Source: Hydrolagus affinis
Lineage: Eukaryota
Assembly (NCBI GenBank): GCA_012026655.1
Contig: JAAILG010000144.1
Span: 62,001-126,000, forward strand
Length of the DNA: 64,000 bases
Direction of reading: 5' to 3'
Below, piece by piece: positions 12,791 through 25,361 of this stretch. The translations under genes and the position numbers were made by a program. The first letter of the stretch is position 1, and every line of letters begins with the position of its first letter. Under the pieces are notes generated by a model. The model was not told the DNA's origin. It was given only the letters and a program-made list of their open reading frames with translations, and made no database searches.

Positions 12791-14096
12791 TTGCAGGAGT
12801 CAATAGTTACATAACAGGTCTGCGAGTATTCTGCAAAGACCGAATATTGTAAATGCACAGATAAACCTTGTGGCTATCTCTGCCATCTGTCTTCAACTGC
12901 AAGTATTTTTACTCAGACAGCTACTACTATTTAACCAGTGGATCGCTAACTTGCATTAAGTAAGCAGGTTGATATTCTCATTAGATTTAAATTAAAATGT
13001 AGATCTAGATAGATATTAAAATATATACTTTTTAAAAAAGTAGCACATTTAAACACTAGAATCTGAGCTGGATTTTTTTTTGCATATTAGGTAATGGCAA
13101 CAGATGTGCTTGGAACAGCTGTAACAAGGGCAGATATTAGCCTGGCCATTGCCTGGAGCTCAAACGATTCGAAGACATTCCACGTGGGTACCAACAGGCA
13201 AGGCACACAATTGAACAGTCCAGTTCATTCCCCAGCATCACTGGTTAGTAAGAGCTCAGTTTCAAAAGTGGTCCTCAGCCAACAATGTCCTGGGGTAAGC
13301 TATGACATTGCAAATGTGCATGGTTCGTACAGGGAAACAGACTTAATACAGTACTGTACCAGGATTGCGCATGTGAATTGAAGCAGTTCTCGTTTAACTT
13401 TAATATCCTCTCTTTCCTCCTTTCCATTTAGTGGGTCTTTTTTTTGTTGTAATTTTCTTTCTGTTAATCAAAGTAAGTGGTAATCTCACTTGATCTCTTG
13501 ACTGTTGCGAACGACAAAGAAACAGTCACAGCAAGTAAATGAAAGAAATGGAATGAAAGTAACATTTAATAGATGAAATGCAACCATTGCATCATTTGCA
13601 AAAATACTTCTCCAATTTGTAGAAAGGTATTGAATGATTGTTAGTGCTAGGAAATAAAACTTTACCCACCCTCTATCTTTGTGACAATGGAACTCATCAA
13701 ATTCATGCACATTACATACAACACAGGCCAAATGCAGAGCAAACACCTTCTTATTCCACCCTAATAATGTGACAAAATCTCTACCAAGAGTACCATTTTA
13801 TTAATAAGGATTTCCCGTTTCATCCACAACAGTTTACGATCAGTTTTGGTGAGATTGACTAATTTGTCGGCTACATTACGGGAGCCGTGTTCACAAGGAA
13901 CTATGCAAATACAGCATAAATCTTTTCCCAGAGCATGTTTACCATTGACAAGGAGAAGACATGTATCCTATTAGCCTAGGGTGAAGGGACAATCTGTTCA
14001 CTCAATCCACCTCAATAAAAATATTAAAAGCTTTTCAAACAGTACATAGCAGGCTTTCTCTGAGACTTGTGCTGCTCGCCTTGCACATGCATTACT

Positions 14097-14475
14097 ATAA
14101 TAATCCTTCCATTTGATATAGCCCCTTATCACGTCTTTGACACGCCTCAATATACTGTATTTGACACGCCTTCACAGAATATACTGTAAAGTGAATTAAC
14201 TGTATATTTTGTGGATGAAACGCGGCAGCCAATTGCACACAATAGTGTCCCACAAACAGATGTGGATTGAGTGACCAATTTATTATTCTTTTAAGGAATT
14301 ATTACCCCCAGAAAAGCGACCCACCAATCGACTAACACCTGCATTCCTACTTAGTGATAGGTAAAAAGAGGCGTGTGGAATAAGGAAACTTGCCCAAAGT
14401 TTTGCCCTGCTGGGAATTGAACACAGATCCTCTTGCTTGTGAAGCGAGTGCTCTAACCACTGAGCTACAACCTCC
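14097..14475 (-). mobile_element. tRNA-derived SINE, full length, long form
   Basis: Tail to head homology, extra ~70-bp segment, and an internal local duplication TTGACACGCCT near 14137-14171. Confidence 0.93.
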
Positions 14476-15149
14476 ATATAGTATGTGCTATACCTTGCCC
14501 ACAACATCAAGTTTATTTCCAAAAATGCAAGTCGCACAAATCACATTGAACCTCGAGTGATTTCAAATCTCAATAAATGGAATGTCAGAGCATCCCTTGT
14601 AAGTAGGAGGCTTTTTAAGAGACAGACGCGCTTGAATTCCTTAGCAGGTGCATCCTGCTTTAACGAATTTCAGCAATTTATTTTAAATTCAGTTTCACTT
14701 GTTTTCTTCTAAATTTGGATTAAATCTGGATGACTGTCAAGTCACTTTCAATATTTAATGCTGTGGTTATTTCAGGAAAGAATGAACCAAACATCACAGC
14801 TGAAATGTTGCAGCTCATTATAAATGTAAATGTTTTGTGACCTTACAAATTTTTGCTTTGCGAGCCAGATAATTCGAGGGTGAAAATTCAATTGTGATTC
14901 TGCTAAACAGGGAATCATATTTTCTTGTTACTGGCTTCTTGTTGTCTACCCTTTGATGGCTCAATAGCTGGAGTCAACTGTGAATTGCTCAGAACAACCA
15001 TAAGTGTTTGGAAGGTTTGTGTTGCCTCAATGAAAATGACTGTTGTTTTGCAAAACACGGGGATAATCCGTTAAGTGCAGCACTGAGAGTGACGTCAAGC
15101 TGCACTGGCTCCCCATCACCAATGGGTCAATTTAAAGATCTGCACACTC

Positions 15150-15518
15150 ATTTTCAAATCCCTTCACGACCTGACGCCTCCCTACCTCTCTGATCCGCTT
15201 ACCCCACCCCCAACCCACAGCCTCCGCTTGACTAGCTGCATCTTCCGCACGTCCCCCTTGCCCTCCATTACACTATTGGTGGCCGCGCTTTCAGTCACTA
15301 TGCGCTGACACTCTGGAGCACTCTTCCTCCATCCCTCCATCCCTCCGCCCTGCCCCTTCCTTCCTCAGTTTCGGGTAACGCCTGAAGATATTCCTATTCG
15401 ACAGTGCCTACACATCCACCTCCCACTGGCTCAGAGTCATGGTCCATCACTGTCAAGCGCTCTGGGACGCTATATAAATGCATGAGGGGCGCTATATAAA
15501 TGCAAGTTATTGTTGTTG
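15150..15518 (+). mobile_element. L2-clade LINE 3' end
   Basis: Degenerate FKSLHDLTPPYLS and IGGRAFSHYALTLWSTLP ORF2 C-terminus; tail GGCGCTATATAAATGCAAGTTATTGTTGTTG. Confidence 0.88.
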
Positions 15519-16142
15519 AAGGTGAGTGTGTGACCGTATGTCTATTATGATGGTACAGCAACAAATGCTAAGCGCTCATATAAGTGGCAGATTGCTCAGC
15601 ACTGCAGGTAATAGCTTAACCAGTCCTAGCAGTACCACAGATAACATCTGTTAGCAAATACTGACAGCCTTCCATATTCTATTGCAGACACAGATATGCC
15701 TTGTTGCTAAGTAACTGAATTATAATCCTGGTGTCATTTTGACTTGTTAAGAAACATTTAAAATTAGAAGCCCTAAGTTATTCCATACACGTTTTGTCGA
15801 GTCTCATCAGTTTCATTTGACAGGTTCTCTTACTGTTAATATCTGTCACATGCAATCTTTCCAAACCAGCGCTTCGTTTTGATGAGTTTTTTTTGTATCC
15901 GATCCAGTACCACATCAATCAGATCTTCACGAAACTCCATAGAGTAAACAGTATTCGATGGAATCATCGAATGCCATATCCTGGTGTGTGATTCTCGAAT
16001 AGACCAGACAAGTGAAAACACATTGCTGAAATGTTCCCATTCATGCTGTTGCTTATCTGTGCGCTGGCAGGTCATTTAGGAGAGAAATAGTTTGTGGGCT
16101 AGAACATCCCCCCCCCCCACCCAACGTTGGGACTTTGAGATA

Positions 16143-16470
16143 ACAGACACTGCAGGGCGTGCTGGGGAGGTGATGCATTGGGGAGCTGTTCTTCGGAGAA
16201 CTCATTAAACCAGTGTTCCATCTGCCTGATCAGGTTGGTGTTACTTAAAGATCCCATGGTACAACTTAATACTGTAGAAGGGAGTTTCCAGAAGGGAGTT
16301 TCTCCTGATTTCCTAGCCAACTGTCCTCTAGATGATTGTTCACTTGATAGCTGTTTGTGAGACATTGCTCATCACAAATTGGCAGCATTCATCCACACGT
16401 GCACTGTCATGACACTTTACAGTAAATCCTGTGAAACAACGAGACATTTCAATGTTGACAAGGTGCTCTT
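16143..16470 (+). mobile_element. Old Deu-domain SINE (3' two-thirds)
   Basis: AAAGATCCCATGG...GGAGTTTCTCCTG...CTGTTTGTGAGACATTGC...AAATTGGC...CACTTTACAGTAAATCCTGTGAA. Confidence 0.75.
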
Positions 16471-17310
16471 AACAAATCAGCCCAACTTTCTAATGACTAC
16501 TGAGGTTTATTTCCAATGGACCTTTCTTCCAAATTCATGTACAGATTAGATTTCTATTTACCATCATCTCAAATAACAATTTTGCAGCTCATAAGTAAAC
16601 ACTTGCATCCCCCAATTTAAAATGATTTAGTCACCTTGCCTATACACCCACAAACAAGCTGCTATGTCTCGCTTTGGAAGAAGCCACCTTACCTTTGGAT
16701 TTACCCTGCTCTACTCTATAAGACCACAAATAAAGTATTGCATCAAGTGTAATTGGATCTCAATGCCATGCATCCAAGTCTTTTACCTCCCCCAGCAACA
16801 GATTCCATGCAGTCACAAAATACGCTTCGCAAATTCCTCCAGTGCCGGTATGAAATTCCAGCACAAATTTCGTGGCATCTATTCGGATTACGAATACTTA
16901 TCAGTTGTATGGCTGGGGAATTGTGTTTAAGTGAGCACATCGGAAAACAATTGTCTTGTGTATGTGACCTCTGCATATTGGTGCAGTAGAATAGCACATT
17001 AGGCTACGAATTCCATTAGCCTGCAGGCAGCACATCACTCCTTCAGATCAAATATTTAGTCAATCAACGTGTTTAACTTTTGCAGTCTGTTTCATGGTGA
17101 CCTCTAATAACAGAGGACGACAATCTTACCTAAATAAGGGCCTGGGTGGTTTATGCATACACAGCATATACATAACAAATGGAACCAGAAATGTTCAGTA
17201 GCATAGAAGAAGGTCATTCAGCCCATTGTATCTCTGTCACTGCTGCCTGTATTATCACCCTTTATTGTTTATCCTACCTTCTTGGTCTTTCCCATATCTC
17301 TGTTTTACTT

Positions 17311-17633
17311 AATAATAGTAATAATAATAATAATCCTTGCATTTGATACAGCGCTTCTCATGTCTTCTAGCTGACGCATAGCACTTCACAGAATATACTG
17401 TAAAGTGAAGTGACTATATTTTGTGAGTGAAACGTGGCCGCCAATTGCGCACAGTCGTGTTCCACAAACAGTTGTGCATTGAGTGACCAATTATCATTGT
17501 TTCTATTCCCTTGAGGGATTATTATCAGGCTTGAGGAATAAGGAAACTTGCCCAAGGTTTCACCCTGCTATAAATTGAACCCAGGTCTCTCGCTTGCAAG
17601 GCGAGTGCTCTAACCACTGAGCTACAGGAGACC
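17311..17633 (-). mobile_element. tRNA-derived SINE, full length, short form
   Basis: Tail to head homology. Confidence 0.95.
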
Positions 17634-17894
17634 ACTTCTCAGGTGATTACCTCAATTCCTGTTTTAATGATTTCGCAGATCAAATAGCGTTTGTGGTTAA
17701 GATTGCCACTCGTAACAACAATTCTCTCCCTTCCTCTCCTTGCACAATCACACATCAGTAATTGGTTTTTTTTACTGGAGTTTTTTTGGGGCCCTTATTT
17801 TTATTATTTTCCCCGCTCCTCCCCTGACTCTTATTGAGAAGCAGTTCCACAGGCACAGCATCCTTCCAATACCTGATCCATTTGGCCAGTCTTT

Positions 17895-18060
17895 GAGTGG
17901 GAGCCCAGTGAGCGAGCGTCACTGAGCAACTCAACCGTGGAGACAGAGGAGCCTAATCCTGCCCGATCCAACGATCACATCAGTGCACTTACCAGCGGGG
18001 TTCACTCGAAAAGGGATCAGAAATTTTCCCCCTTCTTATGCCAGCAGTGTTGAAGCCAGT
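17895..18060 (+). repeat. Unclassified old interspersed repeat, copy 2
   Basis: GAGCCTAATCCTG...GCACTTACCAGCGGGGTTCACT...GATCAG...TTTTCCCC motifs collinear with the other copies. Confidence 0.5.
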
Positions 18061-19076
18061 TACAGCACTTTTAAATGAGAACTCCACTTAGTTTTATTTT
18101 CATTGCAAGTTAAACTCAGAATACTGGGCACCGAAAATGTCAATAAACCCAAGAAGTATTCATTATAAAATGACAAAGTACAATCTGTGTTGACCGCTGA
18201 TTTGAGCTGAGAGAGGCCACTGCATGCGCTGATGTGAGACCACAGAAATCACAGGCTTGCGAAGGGGCAACATCTATATCCTAATTGATCACCAGAAATT
18301 GTTTGCCAGAGATGTACCTGTGTGGTAGGTCAAATGAGGAAAGCGATAAAACAAAGGCTGCAAGGCTCCCACAGCTTGTCCGTTCCAATGTGGTAAAACG
18401 ACTCATGGTCGGGGTAAGACACAAAGATTGCTCACTTAGGTGAGAAACCAAAAGGCCGCCAGTGGCAATGAAAGTGTGTCTCAGTAACAGCCAGTATATT
18501 CGGAGGCGGAGAAAATTGATGGAAACGGAGCAATGAATGAACAACCGTAAGTTAACACGGAAAATGATTGACCACTTTGCACATTTCATCAAACGAGAGA
18601 GTAGCTACATTCCCGCAGCCGGTAGAAAAAGAAACTTGGAGGAGAATACTGAATAAAATTTAAAAATTCCATACATCAATAGCCATCGGAAGTCTTTAAC
18701 ACGACAAAACAATTTCACTGAACTTCAGAGAAAGCACTCTCAGGTTAAATACATTTATTAATGTGAGAAGCTTAGCACAGCCTACTGTGGAATGAAGCCA
18801 TTCATTTCGGGAAAGATTTAGTCACCTCCCTTAAACCAAGTTACTATTGTATAAGAGTGGATGACAAACAATAACTCGTCCACTTGCCACAAGAATTCTT
18901 CATGCAAAATCAACCAATCATTTTTTTTTCTTCCTTTACCTTGGCTACAAGAATTAACAGAAGGGTTTCTTAGAAAATGCTGAATGTAATTAACAGATGA
19001 TTCTCTTTTGCTTTTGGTTGCTTTTGCCTACGAAATGAGCAAAACATGACTCGCCTGCACTGACTAGTGACTCCCA

Positions 19077-19415
19077 GCGTGGCTCAGTTGGTAGTGTTCT
19101 CAGATCCATGTCAGAAGGTTGTCACATTCAAAGTCATGCATGGCCATGATTCCCCACCTACCTCTGCAACATCCTAACCCTACTATCAACCAACCCGCTT
19201 CCTACCCCCAACTCGGGGCTGAAATACTGTATCCAGTGCCTTGAAACATCCTCAAGACGTGAAAGGCGCTATTTACAAATGTAATTTTGTTGTGGATTCA
19301 ATCTCTGGGACTTGAACTCCCAGTGATTGAATCCACAACAACTGTCTGACACTCCAGGGTAGTACAGGGAGAGTATTGCATTGTCAAAACCCTGTCCATT
19401 GGATGAGACACTCAC
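19077..19415 (+). mobile_element. Old Deu-SINE interrupted by an L2-type 3' fragment
   Basis: Head GTGGCTCAGTTGGTAG...CAGAAGGTTG, then GTGAAAGGCGCTATTTACAAATGTAATTTTGTTG, then Deu CTGACACTCCAG...TGCATTGTC. Confidence 0.6.
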
Positions 19416-20709
19416 ATGGATACTAGAGGTTTTTGAAAAGAATATTTGTCCCACTGACATTCCCATTGACAACCTATTTTGGAATGTGAGCATTTGCCTG
19501 TTGCAGGAACAGTAATTACATAAAGGACCCTCTTGTAAGGCTAGTTTGTTTCCAAGTTGGGTGCCTGTGAACCCATGGTTAGTTTCAGTGCATGGACCAA
19601 CTGGTTTCAGGTTGACAGGGCTTTGCATCCTGTTTACGTTGATAGGCACGCGTTATGATGGAGTTCTTACTTTGAAGAGCTTTGAGAAATTTCAACATCA
19701 TAGGCCTTTGATAGCAATACAGGTTTCTGAGTTTAGATAACGATTCTTTATAAAAGAAAGTTGAGAATAGCTGGACTTTTTTTTTGATTGTGGAGTTAGC
19801 ACACTACCGTTGCACAAAAGCTGGTCTTATTAACTTGGCTAGCTTAAAATATGTGGCCCATATAAGGCACATTTTCATTTGTGGTGCATTCCTGTGAAGA
19901 ATTTTGCCTGGAACTTCACTGCTCTTTTGACTCTGTCAAATTGCAGCAAACGATTTTTACTCAGAACTTTTTAAACTTTTCTTTAAAAACATAAGCTATA
20001 AACGGTGATAGAACAAGACGTAGAGTTGGACAGCCACTGTTACATTGTTGACGACTGTTAAATCATTCATACATTTTAAAAGGCAACAGCAGCTTGCTTA
20101 CTTTGCCCATTGTGTTTGGCTTTTAAATAATCTGTTCGGAGAGAGAGAGAGAGAAAGAGTAGCGAGTACAATTCCTCCAGAACTACAGCATACATTCCAT
20201 CTTAATCCACAGTTTAATTCAAATGTACCCCCATCAGTTTATTTTCATGCCACAATGTCAGTTATGATGGGTATGTGATATTGTTTCTGTAGCTCAGTCA
20301 GCTGTCTCTGAAGGCAAAGGGTCACAAACAGAATGGTTGGGTGCTCAGCTGATTCACAGGGGGAATGCTAACATGCACGACTGATTCCGCTACAACCCCC
20401 ACCCCAAACACACACCCACACACAGAGAGCGCTGTAATTACAATCGACTCTTATAGCTAGATTCATATGCTGAGTTTAAACTATGTTACTATAATTTCAG
20501 AGGCCAAATGTGCAATGTACAGTACACAGGATTTCAGACTATATTAATTTCACTGAAGCTATAATCCTGACAGTACCTGTCGGTGTTGCTTTTAGGAGCC
20601 TCAAGCCCACTCCCCCAACTGTGCATAAAGAGGTATTTCTGCAATATTCCAAAAGAGGTATTTCTGCAATGTTACGAAGGAGATAACGCACTAAAATGCA
20701 CCTACCACA

Positions 20710-20805
20710 TACGTATTCACTACGCGTAACAGTAAATCTTGTGAACCGCTTTGAGACGTCCTTCCGACATGGATGGCTCAATAAGAAATGTGAGGATTAT
20801 GATTT
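20710..20805 (+). mobile_element. Old SINE 3' fragment
   Basis: ACAGTAAATCTTGTGAACCGCTTTGAGACGTC...AAATGTGAGGATTAT. Confidence 0.65.
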
Positions 20806-21994
20806 CAATTATTAATTTTTTTGTGCATTAATGACCCGTCCCTCCAAAAATGACAAACTTCATTCACTTTGTTCAACCTCCACTTCAGCAGTCCTATTGT
20901 TGGCTGTGGGAGGAAGCTTCAGCCATTTCAAAACTGCCAACCCCTTCAACAAGTCTTCGAAAGGAAGGATCCAGGACTGTAATAATGAGACCACAGGAAC
21001 CAAAAGCAGAACATTTTGAAAATAAAGAGCTAGGGTGAGAGTTTCTCTCTATGACGTTACGAGGAGGATCAAGAATGCTACCCCCATCGCTGCTAAGTGC
21101 AGTGGCCTTGTGATGAAGTGTGCGTATGACGTGGAGTTTCCAATTACAAGTTGACATAGTGAAACTGCACTGAGCTGCAAGCGAAATTTCACGCTTGCAA
21201 GTTTGTCTTATCCTATGCCTCCATTTCCTGTCTCGGACAGTTTGTCCCGTTGTTTAAAATAATGGAACGGAGATTAAATATTCATTTCAATATTGAATGT
21301 GCCATTTGATGATGTAGGTCTGGTAGCTATGTCTTTGACTTTTACAGCAAGTGAACGGAGCTCCATTTCCTATGGTTTTCCGTTATGAGGTTGAAATAAT
21401 TCTACATTATTGAATAAGCTGTACTTTCTGCCAAGAGTGATCAAGGAGTCATATTCTTCATTGCTCAGTGCTTTGACAGGGTTTAAATGATGGTTAAACT
21501 ATTCTTCTGTTAAATAAAATAATTGAAACGTATTTTTAAAATTGAATAATGACTCCCTTTGGTTTCACTGCCCCAATCAACTCTGATCTCTTGCTCACTG
21601 GAGCTGTCTGAGCAGGCTGGCTATTGCTATAAATACTTCTCAAGAACCACCCACAAGGACATATGTGTAAGTACACAAGGAAATGAATCAACCTGTGGGC
21701 TCTGCCCCTGGTTGAGAGGAACAGAAGCAGAGTTATACCTCAATAACTTTTTTCAGCTTCCAATTTTTATACATCACACTTAAACACTAGGGAGCAATTG
21801 GATTTGTTAAAATTATTGACCCATCTTCGAAGGAATATGTGAAGGCATGTAGATTTCACATCAGAAAGGCGTCCCTCCGACTTGAAAGGTGCTATACAAA
21901 TGTAATTTTCTTTGTATTGTATGTGACCTGTGGCTATTCCTACTGAGGATTTATTACCATCCAGAGAGAACACTTATATGTTCCTAAATAGGTT

Positions 21995-22297
21995 AATAAT
22001 AATAATAATCCTTGTGCTTTTCACATCTTCTAGACGTCGCAAAGCACTTCACAGAATATATTGTAAAGTGGATTGACTGTATATTTTGTGGGCGAAACGT
22101 GGCAGCCAATTGTGTACAGCAGTGTCCCATAAACAGTTGTGGATTGAGTGACCCAATTATTATTGGGGGGATTTTTTAGGGATTACTATCAGTCATGTGG
22201 AGAAAGGAAACTTGCCCAAGGTTTTGCCCTACCTGGAATTGAACCCAGATCTCTCGCTTGTAAGGCGAGTGCTCTTACCATTGAGCTACAGGGCTCC
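21995..22297 (-). mobile_element. tRNA-derived SINE, full length, short form
   Basis: Tail to head homology. Confidence 0.95.
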
Positions 22298-23214
22298 ATA
22301 AGTTATGTGATATGCCCTTTCACATGTATTTACAGGAAAGCTTTAGGAGTAACGAGTGGATTTTTTTAAGACTCAATCTAAAGATACTGTGTAAAAAAAA
22401 TGGAACTAGCGATCATGGCCTCAGTTCTTGCACTTCCACAGTCTTCAAATTTGGTGGAGTGTGAGCCTGAGTCTTGCACATTATCTAGCTTCTCAATGTA
22501 AAATGATTGATTATGTCACTATCCGAGACTCGTTACAAAAGGTAACAATGGTAAATGTTGAAACATTGCATTGTTTAGATTTTTTTTTAAATTTAAGCAA
22601 TTGAGCTGCACATCATTGTGTACTGGCTCAGAAGGATTAGACAATCTGAAACTATAAGGGAGATGAATTAACACACTCAGTTGATGCTGAAGTACTATTC
22701 AGTTAATGACTGGATGTCTACTAATATTAATTCAACTCCCACATTCAGTCCGGTTCAATAAGTCCTTCAAGGCAGTATCCTTATATCATCAGTGCTCAAA
22801 TTTTAAATAAAATATTCAACGTGATCGTGAAAACTACAAGCAAGCAAACAAGGTTCGTGTAAATTGTAGTTCTTCATTACTTATTCAATTTTGAACAGGC
22901 TCCCTGTGGTAAGATTCCTGGTGTGAGACTCTTCTGACCTCATGTAACACAACATCCATTCAACATTGATGTGCGGAGTAAACAAGTCAAAGCAGATTGT
23001 TGTTTATTTTTCTTAAAATCTTAATCTTCGCATTTATGCCCAAATCTGATGAACATTAAGATTGCACAAAGAATGTGGGGATGAAAAAATTTAAGCGATT
23101 CCGATATGAAATATCCAATAAACAGACAACTGAAGCATTATGACATAAACCACATGATACAATGCATATAGGAATATGTATAAAATGCGCATACACTCCA
23201 GGTATCTTTAAAAT

Positions 23215-23325
23215 GTTTGCCCACACAATATACAATCAATTCACTTTACAGTATATTCTGTGAACCGCTTTGAGGTATCGCAACAAAGTTATAAGTCGTT
23301 ATATCAAATGCAAGTATTACTATCA
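23215..23325 (+). mobile_element. 5'-truncated SINE copy
   Basis: CAATTCACTTTACAGTATATTCTGTGAA...ATCAAATGCAAGTATTA. Confidence 0.85.
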
Positions 23326-23986
23326 TCAATACATACTCAAGAAATTGATGTATAGCCTGTGCAATTTTCTTTTGTGTAATTTTTAAGTACATCTAACGTT
23401 TGTGTTGTGCTGGACTCGATTCTACGACTTGGTTTACATTGAAACCAAGCAATTGACTGCTCCAAAATCAGAAAGGAAAGAAAATATTGTGGAGAATTGA
23501 CAACTCTATTCTTATGGTGAAGAGAATGGATTGAACAAATAGTACTTGACATCACTGCAGACCCATAGGCAATAATTCTTCTGAAAGCCAGAAACATTAC
23601 TTCCATGCTTTTCACAATTATATTAGAAAAATTGACTCATTTAGCTCAAAGCTGCACAATTAGTATATTTGAAATCAACTCCTCTAAGTACTAATAAAGT
23701 ATTTAAGCATAACTCATTTGAAGTGACATATCTTGCCTTAAATGAATAAGAAAATTGAAGTTTTAGGCTTAGAGGGCATAAATATTAAATGTAATAATTT
23801 GAATTTTAAGTTGCAACACATTCTCTCTCTTTTGTTTAAAAAAAGAAATAATTATATGGAATGACTTGTTTCCAGTTGATAGAAGAGGATTTACGATAAA
23901 AAGCACCCGATTGATAGCTCATGCATGACCAGGCTGTTGCTTGTTTTGCATTGGCTCTGTCCCTCATCAATTTCCACACAGCAATT

Positions 23987-24358
23987 GGAACATAGGAACA
24001 GGAGTAGGCCATTCAGCTCTTCCAACCTGTTCTGCCAATTTAATTAGATCACGGCTGATCTGTACCTCAACCAATCTTTTCAATTCCAATTGTCTGCTTT
24101 TTCTCCATATCCCGTAATACTCTGACCTATCAAACATCTATCAACCTGATTCTTAATGGTGTGGATGGACTCAGCATCTATTGCCTTCTAAGGGAGAGAA
24201 CTCCAGATTTCTTCCACCCTTTGAACGAAACAAACGTTCCTGATTTCACTCTTAAATGGCCTGGTTCTGATTTTAAGATTGTACCCCACCAGAGGAAATA
24301 GCTTCACTGCATCTACTCCATCAAGTCCCTTTACCATCTTAAATACCTCAATCAAATC
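23987..24358 (-). mobile_element. CR1-clade LINE 3' end
   Basis: GAACATAGGAACAGGAGTAGGCCATTCAG...GATCACGGCTGATCTG is the reverse complement of the 12565-12790 3' UTR; extends into the ORF2 end. Confidence 0.88.
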
Positions 24359-24360
24359 GT

Positions 24361-24558
24361 TACTTACATCTGAATTGGCAGACGGAATCTCGGTTTAACA
24401 TCTCATCTATAGAACAGCATCTCCAACAATAGAACACCCTCCCGCCCCAACACTGCATTAAAGGGTCAGCCCATATAGTATATGAGTTGGGGCCCATACT
24501 TTGAACCCACAGTGTTTGACCCAGATGAGAGAGCGTTACCAACTGAGCCAGGCTGGCA
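24361..24558 (-). mobile_element. Deu-domain SINE 5' half with tRNA head
   Basis: GGCAGACGGAATCTCGGTTTAACATCTCATC...GAACCCAC...TACCAACTGAGCCA. Confidence 0.8.
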
Positions 24559-24965
24559 CTTGATCAATTTATGCAGTAATATTATGTGTTTTCCACTTCA
24601 TAATGCAAGAGTTAAAGGAGAGAGAGGAAAACAAGACTCCATCCAGTCAAAGGGTTGAAATATAATGCAGCAAGCCTCCAAATAAATTTTATAGTAACGT
24701 GTACACACACACAGAAATTCCATGTTTGGATTTCTCTAACCAATCACAAGTTGGTTATGCTAAAGTCTCAGCCATTGTTTGAGGCTTTGCTGGCATTAAC
24801 AGAACGCTGTGCATGAGACTCGGTTGTATATGTGTCACAGAAGCAGTTCTATTTTTAGAAAATTGTCAACCCAATACATTTTATTTAATGCAATAATAAT
24901 AATAAAAGCAAAATAAATGCCAGCTTGGCAGAACTGCAGCAAATTGGCTGAAAAAACAAATTTTG

Positions 24966-25361
24966 TTTCTCTCGTCTGACAGCTGGAGAGGCAGCTCATG
25001 CTTGTTAACCCTCCCGATAAACTGATCATGATTAAAATGCCTTGAAGCCTGGAGTTATCGGCACAACACGGGTCTGGCTTTGTGTATTGGACCTAAGCGA
25101 GAGGAGCGTACACCACACCAACTCGGGAAGAGCTGGGCTCTCGTTTCAGAGCCAATGTGCTGCGTTCTATCGAGACTAGAGCTGGCGGTTTGTGCCCGAT
25201 ATGATGGATAGAAATGGACATCTTCTGCTCAAATGGTTTGATAGCTTCTTGCAATAACGCATCCTCTGGAGCCTGATCCACAGCTCAGACGCACACTGTC
25301 CTCCATTTCTCTTTCCAAATTCAGTTTGTTGACCATCATGATCAGTGTTAAACGAGAGAAA
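24966..25361. other. CpG-retaining multi-stem structured element of unknown nature
   Basis: Nested complementary segments (see finding); no convincing ORF. Confidence 0.4.

Noticed and set aside
15785-15815. Minus-strand CTGATGAGACTCGACAAAACGTGTA hammerhead-like string
   Set aside because: No GAAA, stem II does not pair properly, and no stem I
20627-20670. 19-bp direct repeat AAAGAGGTATTTCTGCAAT (similar small duplications at 4577-4630 and 62523-62551)
   Set aside because: Ordinary local duplication with only two units; not an array
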